Shown here: positions 1 to 6,866 of the stretch, in pieces
Layout: every line of letters begins with the position of its first letter
Numbering within the stretch: the stretch's first letter is position 1
IMG/VR virus record: IMGVR_UViG_3300032212_000031
Span: 1 to 44,421 of that record
Source of the DNA: a virus
Taxonomy: Duplodnaviria; Caudoviricetes
Strand: one strand, 5' to 3'
DNA length: 44,421 bases
Position numbers and translations under genes: made by a program
The notes under the pieces: generated by a model
Told to the model about the DNA's origin: nothing
Database searches by the model: none
What the model saw: the letters and a program-made list of their open reading frames with translations, nothing else

Positions 1-111
1 ACGGCCAATGACCGAGACGCCAGACAAAAAGCCGAAGCCATGCACGATCTGCAATGGACGTGGCTACATCCGCTGCGATTGCTGGCCGGAAGCCTGCATT
101 TGCGGATGGGA
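1..111. repeat. Terminal overlap, identical to 44311-44421 (circular assembly signature)
   Basis: Exact 111-nt duplication at both ends; the ORF starting at 8 also starts at 44318, so the gene array continues across the junction. Confidence 0.95.
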
Positions 112-196
112 TGACGAGCCGTGCGACTATTGCTGCGGGACCGGCTTTGATGGTGGCTGTGATTATTGGGATGATTTTGAGGACGCCGACCAATGA
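8..196 (+). CDS. Small Cys-rich zinc-finger-like protein
   Basis: 62 aa, 10 Cys, two CxxCxGxG motifs (CTICNGRG, CDYCCGTG); AAGGAG RBS across the circular junction. Confidence 0.7.
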   Translation: MTETPDKKPKPCTICNGRGYIRCDCWPEACICGWDDEPCDYCCGTGFDGGCDYWDDFEDADQ

Positions 197-501
197 CCGA
201 GATAGACACAAGCCGGGAGGCTGTAGAAAGCCTCGTCAGCCTTCTCAGGCACAATTCCGCATGGGAGAACCTACAAGAAATTGACACCATCGCACATGCC
301 GAAGCGATTGCCATTCTTCCCGCTCTTCTCGCCCGCGCAGAGAAGGTTGAGGCCGAGCGGGACGCCGCATGGAACGCCGCGATTGAAGCTGCGGTGCAGC
401 ATTTCGCGGAAGACGAATATGATGTACCTACTACGATGTATAGCCTTGGCTCTATTCAGCGAGAAATTCGCGCCCTAAAGAAAGGATCAACCAATGACTG
501 A
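193..501 (+). CDS. Hypothetical early protein, paralog of 44004-44321
   Basis: ATGA overlap with upstream gene; shares MTEIDTSRE and EAERD.AWNAAIEAAV with 44004-44321. Confidence 0.75.
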   Translation: MTEIDTSREAVESLVSLLRHNSAWENLQEIDTIAHAEAIAILPALLARAEKVEAERDAAWNAAIEAAVQHFAEDEYDVPTTMYSLGSIQREIRALKKGSTND

Positions 502-856
502 TGCACCGGAATTGTTGCCATGCCCTTTTTGCGGTGGGGAAGGCGAAATGGTTGAAGCAAAAGAAGCAGGGCCGCAAGCCTATGTCATCTGTTGTAAAAA
601 GTGCTTGTGTTCTTCGCGTGTTATTTTCGCGCTGATGGATGCTGTAGCGAATGATCTTATTTCAGCATGGAACACCCGCACTAACCTCATCCCCGCCATG
701 CTGGCCGAGGCGCGGGCCAAGGGGATTAGGGAGGCGGCAGAGATTGCCAGGGAATATGACGCAGATTCTGGCTGCATGGATTGCGCCGATACCGCCAACA
801 TCCTCAGAGGCATCCTCGCCCTTCTCGACCAGCCCGCCGGTGATCGCCATGAGTGA
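494..856 (+). CDS. Lar-family restriction alleviation-like Zn-ribbon protein
   Basis: N-terminal ELLPCPFCGG...CxxC...AWNTR signature. Confidence 0.7.
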   Translation: MTDAPELLPCPFCGGEGEMVEAKEAGPQAYVICCKKCLCSSRVIFALMDAVANDLISAWNTRTNLIPAMLAEARAKGIREAAEIAREYDADSGCMDCADTANILRGILALLDQPAGDRHE

Positions 857-1079
857 TCTGGAAAAGTGGCTCAAAGACGGCGCGGACTTCGGATGGGTCA
901 TGCCTCGGGCAGTATGGTGGAAACGCCTTCCTGCCATCAGGCATGTCCGGGCTGCGTATCACGCCAGCCGAGTTCGACTATATAATGATTTCTGGCTGTC
1001 TGCCGGGTTAATCCCAACCGGCTATGACAACTGGGTTCTATGGGGCATCGCACATGGAAAGGAACGGGGCCATGACTGA
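849..1079 (+). CDS. Hypothetical protein (MSDLEKWLKDG...)
   Basis: Start re-chosen at ATG 849, overlapping upstream stop; fits the coupled array. Confidence 0.6.
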   Translation: MSDLEKWLKDGADFGWVMPRAVWWKRLPAIRHVRAAYHASRVRLYNDFWLSAGLIPTGYDNWVLWGIAHGKERGHD

Positions 1080-1395
1080 CCGCAAGGACGCGCTGACAGA
1101 CCTGCCCATCCCCGCGCTGACAGATGACCTGACCGACCGGATATCCAAAGAGGTGGCAGCGCTGGTCAGCGACCACATCGAATTTATGTATCCACGCGCG
1201 GCAGAGGTGGTCGCGTGGAATAGCGCAAGGCGCTCAATTCAAGGCGTCGTTCGGAACGCCGTGAAGGGCGCGGGCGATGCCGCCGAACGCGGGCAGGCTG
1301 ACCAATGGATAAAGCGCTCTGAAAAATCGCGCCGTGACTACCGGGCGACGGTTAAGCGCCTGAATGCCGCCTTCCCGGCCATAAAGGAGGACTGA
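1072..1395 (+). CDS. Hypothetical protein (MTDRKDALTD...)
   Basis: AAGGA RBS, overlap with upstream stop. Confidence 0.65.
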   Translation: MTDRKDALTDLPIPALTDDLTDRISKEVAALVSDHIEFMYPRAAEVVAWNSARRSIQGVVRNAVKGAGDAAERGQADQWIKRSEKSRRDYRATVKRLNAAFPAIKED

Positions 1396-1396
1396 T

Positions 1397-1576
1397 ATGG
1401 CCGAACCCTTCGTCAATCAAGCCCGAGCGCAAACAATGCTACGCGACTTTGATCGGCTTCGCAGGGCCATCCGAGCATGGGATGCAGAGGCTACAGAGAT
1501 CGCATGGAGACGTTGCGAACCTTGGGTGGATCAACTGCGCCCAATGACACATCATTGCACCTGTAAAGAGGACTGA
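1397..1576 (+). CDS. Hypothetical 59-aa protein (MAEPFVNQ...), not in ORF track
   Basis: Manual translation; strong AAGGAGG RBS; fills a gap in the array. Confidence 0.6.
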   Translation: MAEPFVNQARAQTMLRDFDRLRRAIRAWDAEATEIAWRRCEPWVDQLRPMTHHCTCKED

Positions 1577-1580
1577 CGCC

Positions 1581-1721
1581 ATGACCCAGCACCACCACGA
1601 ACCCGACCACCTTCCCGGCGAACCACCGCCCGGCACTGGCCTTCTGCGATTTGCCCTCTACGCCATGCTGGGGTGGATGGTCGGCATCGCCCTTATTGTT
1701 GGAGTATCCTATGTCCTATAA
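1581..1721 (+). CDS. Small single-TM protein (46 aa, MTQHHHEP...), not in ORF track
   Basis: Manual translation; GAGG RBS; hydrophobic C-terminal half. Confidence 0.55.
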   Translation: MTQHHHEPDHLPGEPPPGTGLLRFALYAMLGWMVGIALIVGVSYVL

Positions 1722-2250
1722 AGCCATCATCGCCCTCGCATTTGTCGCGCTTGTCTCGGCCTGCGCTGTCGCGCCAGAAGGATCGCGCCCGCAACAGGTT
1801 AGCGGCGTTATAGATCAATCAGCGCCACCTATAATTATCAACGGTAGTGGCGGCGGAACTGTCGGATGGGGCCGCGAGTCTGTTAATCAGGTAATAATTC
1901 GCGCTTATAGAGAAGGACGTCCTGTGCGCCTGTCTGGACGCTTTGTAAGCGCCGGAACATTTTTCCTTTACGCGGTTGAAAACATATCAGGATCTTGCGT
2001 TGAGGCCGACGCCATTTTCGCGTTCCATCGAGCGGTTTTGGTGGTTAGCGTATTTACAACAGTTCCTATCCCCATCACCGGCGAAAGATCGTTGATCGTA
2101 AATGCCAATGCCGCAGAGGCTTATAACCCGGCGCTATCGCGCTGGTTTCTTGACGGCATAGAAGAAGGCCGGATTACCGGTTGGTTTACTAATCGGACCG
2201 GCGCGCAGCTTGGCGCGTTCGGCTATAACACATGTGAGGAAGAACAATGA
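1711..2250 (+). CDS. Lipoprotein with ClpP/crotonase-like fold
   Basis: Start at MSYKA with GGAG RBS; lipobox LVSAC; GGG...VSAGT...FAFH spacing resembles ClpP-fold periplasmic proteins. Confidence 0.55.
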   Translation: MSYKAIIALAFVALVSACAVAPEGSRPQQVSGVIDQSAPPIIINGSGGGTVGWGRESVNQVIIRAYREGRPVRLSGRFVSAGTFFLYAVENISGSCVEADAIFAFHRAVLVVSVFTTVPIPITGERSLIVNANAAEAYNPALSRWFLDGIEEGRITGWFTNRTGAQLGAFGYNTCEEEQ

Positions 2251-2639
2251 CCGACCTGACCAAGATCAAAAAGCCGCTCGGCATGCTGAAAAAGAAAACG
2301 CGGACGGCGCTGATAGCGCATAACGGGCCGATTGATCTGTATGGACCGCTTGGGTGGGCGGTTGACCGCACCCCAATCTGGACTCCTTGGCGCACCTACC
2401 GCGCAGCTCCTACTACGAAGCCAAGCGTCGATTGGTCCGCGCTAGACGAAAAGTGGCGGTTCATTGCGGTTGATGGTGACGATTGGGCATATGCGCATGC
2501 CGAGAGGCCAAACATCTATGACAAACAATGGGTAGTCCCCGGTGGAGATTGCTTCCGTATTGACGGCTTCCTGTCCAGCTACAGGCCCGGAACATGTGAC
2601 TGGCGTGACAGCCTCATTGAGCGACCGGAGGGCGTGTGA
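2247..2639 (+). CDS. Hypothetical phage protein
   Basis: GAGG RBS, ATGA overlap, 130 aa. Confidence 0.7.
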   Translation: MTDLTKIKKPLGMLKKKTRTALIAHNGPIDLYGPLGWAVDRTPIWTPWRTYRAAPTTKPSVDWSALDEKWRFIAVDGDDWAYAHAERPNIYDKQWVVPGGDCFRIDGFLSSYRPGTCDWRDSLIERPEGV

Positions 2640-2896
2640 TGGCCGACAATGAAGCTGATCTCGTGGCAGAGGCAATCACCGATTGGTTCGGGTCTCGCTG
2701 CATGTCATTCCACCCAGAATGCACGACATGTCGTGCATGGGCGCAGTATGATGAACTACTATATGGCCGGAAATCAGACTACATCAAGGGTTTGGTTGAC
2801 GCCGAGACCGCCGCCAGTGGGTGCGACCGCATCAGTGAGGTTCAGCCCGCGATACGAAGATTGATAGACAAACAACAAAAAAGCCCGCCAGCCTAA
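2636..2896 (+). CDS. Hypothetical protein, last gene of + arm
   Basis: Coupled start; C-terminal GCDRISEVQPAIR shared with 44004-44321. Confidence 0.65.
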   Translation: MMADNEADLVAEAITDWFGSRCMSFHPECTTCRAWAQYDELLYGRKSDYIKGLVDAETAASGCDRISEVQPAIRRLIDKQQKSPPA

Positions 2897-2905
2897 GCTG
2901 ACGGG
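2877..2905 (-). terminator. Rho-independent terminator ending the late (- strand) transcript
   Basis: On - strand CCCGTCAGC-TTAG-GCTGGCGGG (one G-U pair) followed by CTTTTTT, where the two arms converge. Confidence 0.7.
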
Positions 2906-2953
2906 ATCAAGCCAATAGGCTTGCATTTGGGGAAATCAAGTAAAATGGCTTGA

Positions 2954-4057
2954 CTAGGCCGCGACCTTTGATCTGCCAATCTCGCCACGCTCACGGTGAT
3001 AGGTGATAACCTGCAATTGCGCCCGCGCCGAATAAGCATGGCTCACCGCATAGGCATCCTTTGCCGTTATCGCGCGCAGCTGCTCCCATTGGACACCGCC
3101 TATGTCTGCGCTTTTGTGGTGGTGCAAGTGGCCCGTCCAGAGAAACCGGTGCCTTGTTCTGCCCCATATCTCTGGATATTGGTCAGCCAAGAATAACACC
3201 ATGCGCTCGGCCTTCGCCTTGTCGCCGTGGTGCGCTGCGATCAATACCTTGCCAAATTCATACGCAAAGAACTCTCCTGGGTCCTTCTGCACCTCGATGC
3301 GAGGGTTGTCTCGGTATCTCTCGGCCAGCGCGAATAGGACAGCCATATAGCTGTGCATGTCGTGATTGCCTGGAAGGATGCGAACAATAACGCGCTTGTG
3401 CTTTGCCAGCGCCAATTCGATTGCAGCCGCCATAGCGGCAATCGTCACATCCAGCGTCTTGAAGTGCCGAGTGTCAACGTCCAGCGCATGTTTGCTGCGC
3501 GGCGTCTGGTTTGTCTGATCGTCCGCGTGGAGAAGATCACCGGTGTCCAGAATAATCGCAGTTTCAGCGGCAGGTGCGGAAGCAACGCACCGGCCCATCC
3601 ATTCGCGGATGCGGGCGCAAGCCGTTTCGGTGTCGTAATCTTCGCCCGTTTCCCTGCCCCACGCCTGCATCCCGATATGAGCGTCAGCGATGGGATAGAG
3701 GGCCAGCAGATCTGGCGCGCTGTATCGCGGGGCCTGAACAACTGGCGCAGCGGTGATGCCGTCGAATACATCTCTCAGGCGGTCCGCCATGTCGCCATCA
3801 GGCGCTGGCTTGAGAAGGACGGAATAGCTTGTGCCGTCCTTGCTCTTGGTCTTGGCCCAAGCAAGTTGCGGCACCATATTCGTGCCGACAGCTTCCATGC
3901 TTTCCTCTATCGCGGGATCAATCTGCGCGCTGGCTAATCTGTTGCGGAAGGTTGACCTTGCCATACCTAGCGACCGCGCGGCCTCTGTGGCGTTGTTGCC
4001 AGCGATCCTTAGCGCCTCAAGTGCTTCGGCCTTTTCCGCCGCCGTAAGCCCGGCCAT
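2954..4057 (-). CDS. N-terminal Fis-like HTH fused to calcineurin-like metallophosphoesterase
   Basis: GNNATEAARSLGMARSTF HTH; DAH, GD, GNHD, HHGD and GHLH motifs. Confidence 0.8.
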   Translation of the reverse strand: MAGLTAAEKAEALEALRIAGNNATEAARSLGMARSTFRNRLASAQIDPAIEESMEAVGTNMVPQLAWAKTKSKDGTSYSVLLKPAPDGDMADRLRDVFDGITAAPVVQAPRYSAPDLLALYPIADAHIGMQAWGRETGEDYDTETACARIREWMGRCVASAPAAETAIILDTGDLLHADDQTNQTPRSKHALDVDTRHFKTLDVTIAAMAAAIELALAKHKRVIVRILPGNHDMHSYMAVLFALAERYRDNPRIEVQKDPGEFFAYEFGKVLIAAHHGDKAKAERMVLFLADQYPEIWGRTRHRFLWTGHLHHHKSADIGGVQWEQLRAITAKDAYAVSHAYSARAQLQVITYHRERGEIGRSKVAA

Positions 4058-4627
4058 TTACCTGGCACTCTCGCAGCGATCTGAAATAAACATATCGTCA
4101 AGGTCGCGCTCCGCATTGGCGACAAGAAGAACGCACCTTCCGGTTTCCTCTACAAGCCTGCGCGACAGGCCAATGCCAAACCCCATTTCGCCCAAGTATT
4201 CGGCCATCATGAGATACGCACTGCCATATGCCGCCGCGATGTTCTCGACTGTTTCATCGGATGGCACCGCTTGGATGTAGGGGCGATGAAGAAGCAATTC
4301 GCCGTCTATTTCAAGATTTTCAGATGCAACCGCCGCGAATGCACAGGCCGATGCGCACCTTGCCCCGCCTGGAACGATAACCCGCGCGCCTTCCTGCCGA
4401 ATAAGCCGCCCGATCTCAAAGCCTGCCGTCATTGATCCGCCCGGCCCCATCATGAACACGGTGTCAACCTCGTTTGCCGCGAACGCCGCGCGAATTTGGG
4501 CAAGAAGGAAAATTGTCGTCGCGCCTGATACCGTCAGGCTTCGGCTGGCTTCATCGTATGCCACCAACGCGCTTGCGCTGGTCGCGGTTATCATGAACGT
4601 CAAAATTACTGCTAACAGGCGCTTCAT
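4058..4627 (-). CDS. Exported ClpP/crotonase-fold protein (COG3904-like)
   Basis: Signal peptide MKRLLAVILTFMITATSASA; GPGGS, CASAC and LHRP motifs. Confidence 0.65.
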   Translation of the reverse strand: MKRLLAVILTFMITATSASALVAYDEASRSLTVSGATTIFLLAQIRAAFAANEVDTVFMMGPGGSMTAGFEIGRLIRQEGARVIVPGGARCASACAFAAVASENLEIDGELLLHRPYIQAVPSDETVENIAAAYGSAYLMMAEYLGEMGFGIGLSRRLVEETGRCVLLVANAERDLDDMFISDRCESAR

Positions 4628-4862
4628 TTGTCGCCTCCACCATTTGCGCGGCATATCGTGCAACATCACTGGCAAGCCGCAGAAGCCAAGGATGGTCTGT
4701 GATTTCGATGGGTTCGGGGGAAAGGGGGATTAGGAGCTTTCCGGTCAGGCAATCCTTGGCAACCTGGATTAGCTGGTAATCCTTTGTTGCCTTCATCACC
4801 AATCCGCTACCGGCGTAAATCTTAAGACCGTCACCGGTCACCGCGTAGTGAATTGGCTGCAT
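4551..4862 (-). CDS. Hypothetical protein (MQPIHYAV...)
   Basis: AGGA RBS; part of a coupled post-lysis block; start uncertain. Confidence 0.5.
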   Translation of the reverse strand: MQPIHYAVTGDGLKIYAGSGLVMKATKDYQLIQVAKDCLTGKLLIPLSPEPIEITDHPWLLRLASDVARYAAQMVEATNEAPVSSNFDVHDNRDQRKRVGGIR

Positions 4863-5043
4863 GTTTTTTCCTGTGGTATCTGTGGGAACGCTCGCAATGG
4901 CGCTTGCCGAAAGCGCATACCCAAGCCGCCCAGAAAATGGACGCTTGCCGGTTTTGCCACGCGCGGGCGCATAGGCTTTGCGAAGGGCCGGGGAATATGG
5001 CGTCATGAATTATGCGGGACAGGTCAGAAACAAACGCCCGCAT
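4831..5043 (-). CDS. Small phage protein of the SxxAW...HC type often found near lysis genes
   Basis: SLCARAW...W...F...HCERS pattern. Confidence 0.55.
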   Translation of the reverse strand: MRAFVSDLSRIIHDAIFPGPSQSLCARAWQNRQASIFWAAWVCAFGKRHCERSHRYHRKKHAANSLRGDR

Positions 5044-5047
5044 GAAC

Positions 5048-5419
5048 TCACTCCGTTATGTGTCGCCGGGAAAACAGGCCGCGCACCCATCTTGCGATTT
5101 CACCGGGCGACGGCAAAAGCCACCCGACCACAAGCAATATAATCACCCAAGCCGGGGTATCGTTGCGCACCTGAACCTCAACCCGGTCAACGCGCTCTGT
5201 GCGCACCGCTGTAGAGCCTGTAGACTGCTCCACAGCGCCGGTTTGCTCTGCGCTTACCCTCTGGTCAGTAATTCCAGTTTGTCCGACTGTCTGGGCGTTT
5301 GTGCGGCCCGCCTGCACGTTTGCGGCCACGTTTGGACCGCCACCGGTTAGCAGGCTCAACGGGTTTGCACCGCATGACGCCAAGAACAGAAAAAGGACGA
5401 GCGGAATTGCGCGGGTCAT
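5048..5419 (-). CDS. Putative unimolecular spanin (u-spanin)
   Basis: N-terminal lipobox LASC, Gln/Thr-rich linker and C-terminal TM (AWVIILLVVGWLL); downstream of endolysin. Confidence 0.7.
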   Translation of the reverse strand: MTRAIPLVLFLFLASCGANPLSLLTGGGPNVAANVQAGRTNAQTVGQTGITDQRVSAEQTGAVEQSTGSTAVRTERVDRVEVQVRNDTPAWVIILLVVGWLLPSPGEIARWVRGLFSRRHITE

Positions 5420-5589
5420 TGCTTCTGATACCAGTCAATCAGCGCGAGGATCGCAAAGACGCCGGTAAAGAAATTGGCGATTGCAAATGTCAGGTAGTCG
5501 AGAGCGGCAAAACTCGTGCCGAAATGTACCGCTGCCCACGTCCCCCATAGCGCAACAGCCGGAGCCAGATACGCAAAAATCCGCATCAT
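5416..5589 (-). CDS. 57-aa two-TM membrane protein, holin-like, not in ORF track
   Basis: Manual translation MMRIFAYLAPAVALWGTWAAVHFG...AILALIDWYQKQ; overlaps endolysin stop and spanin start. Confidence 0.6.
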   Translation of the reverse strand: MMRIFAYLAPAVALWGTWAAVHFGTSFAALDYLTFAIANFFTGVFAILALIDWYQKQ

Positions 5590-6173
5590 GCCAGACCCTC
5601 AAGGCAAAGCGCCACTTCATCGGCGCGGCGGTTTACGAGACCACGTATGACGCGGCCCCCTGCCCGGTTCCACCACCCTATGGCGTTGCAGCCGCCGCGA
5701 ACGTCACCCGCATTGAGGCGGCGCGTTGCGGTTGACCGGCCCGCCCCCGCGATCCCAACATTGTAGGCCAGTGATGTGTATGCAGCGTCGCGCTCTGGTG
5801 TTAGCCTATCGGCAATGGTTTCTTCTGTGAAATAGCCATGCAGGCCATCGCGATACCGTTGCAGGTTATCGCCAAGCTGCACCCTGCAATCCTCAATAGG
5901 TCGCAATTCGTTTGGGGTTACTCCATCGGTATCGCCATAGCAGACGGTCCAAACATCCGGCTCCGCGATGGTGTCGAGATAGGCCCGCGCGCAAATGCCT
6001 TCTGCGCTTTCTTCACACGGCACGGTTGGGCCGGTGCCCTCCCATCGCGTGACGAGCGGTACCAGAACCTCAACAGTCTGGTCCCATGTCGGCGCATCCG
6101 TTGCTGGCGTGGCCTGCGGCGCAACGGACATCGCGCCCGCGAAGATAACCGCGAGGCCAAGAAGCCATCTCAT
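5586..6173 (-). CDS. Endolysin, GH24 lysozyme with N-terminal signal/SAR segment
   Basis: WEG...YLD...WTVCYGDT catalytic region, AYNVG and GLVNRR motifs; hydrophobic N-terminus. Confidence 0.9.
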   Translation of the reverse strand: MRWLLGLAVIFAGAMSVAPQATPATDAPTWDQTVEVLVPLVTRWEGTGPTVPCEESAEGICARAYLDTIAEPDVWTVCYGDTDGVTPNELRPIEDCRVQLGDNLQRYRDGLHGYFTEETIADRLTPERDAAYTSLAYNVGIAGAGRSTATRRLNAGDVRGGCNAIGWWNRAGGRVIRGLVNRRADEVALCLEGLA

Positions 6174-6391
6174 GCGTCACCTATACCCTGATCGACCAGA
6201 CGGCCCATCGCGCCATAGACCAGCAGCACAAGCCCAACGGTGCCTGTCAAATATGGGCTGACGAGATCAAACCCGGCAATCCGAAACCAGATCTCAGGCA
6301 ACATCAAAACGGCAAGCCCCAACCACGTGGCGCGCATCGAATGCGATTTCAGCGCAATAGCTTTCCAGTTCTTGACAAGCTTCATGGTCAA
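6170..6391 (-). CDS. Putative holin (2 TM)
   Basis: MKLVKNWK...S...R.V.Q pattern of small phage holin-like proteins; directly upstream of endolysin. Confidence 0.65.
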   Translation of the reverse strand: MTMKLVKNWKAIALKSHSMRATWLGLAVLMLPEIWFRIAGFDLVSPYLTGTVGLVLLVYGAMGRLVDQGIGDA

Positions 6392-6672
6392 TTCTCCCTG
6401 CTATTATGGTTCCGAAACAGACTGAGAATTTCGGTTTTCATTTCGATTTGCTCTTCACGAAATGCCTTTTGGTCTGTTCTGATTTCCTCAATCATCGCGC
6501 GATCTTCTGCCCGCTCCTTGTCCCGGTGCCGGATTTCAAGCTGCATCATTTCTATTTGTTTTTGGTTTGTGAACACTCGGCGGATTAGCCACGCAACGCC
6601 GCCGAGTCCGGTCGTGAGCGCCGCAATCATTAACCCGCCGGATGCCTGATCTATGCGCTCAAGAATACTCAT
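6388..6672 (-). CDS. Single-TM plus coiled-coil lysis-cassette protein (holin/antiholin-like)
   Basis: One TM followed by a charged coiled coil; AAGGA RBS. Confidence 0.55.
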   Translation of the reverse strand: MSILERIDQASGGLMIAALTTGLGGVAWLIRRVFTNQKQIEMMQLEIRHRDKERAEDRAMIEEIRTDQKAFREEQIEMKTEILSLFRNHNSREN

Positions 6673-6866
6673 GAAAACCAGTTCCTTTAATTACCGCAAC
6701 AAACCCGCTAAACCCGAGGACATATAGCGCCATGATGATTTCGGCTGTTTTTCTAAGGGGTATCATTTTATATTCCCCGCCCGAATGCCGGTAAGCTCGG
6801 CTTGAATGATATGCTCAGGCATGATGCGCCGACGCCATTTCCGTGGGGAGGGGGATTGATCATTAG

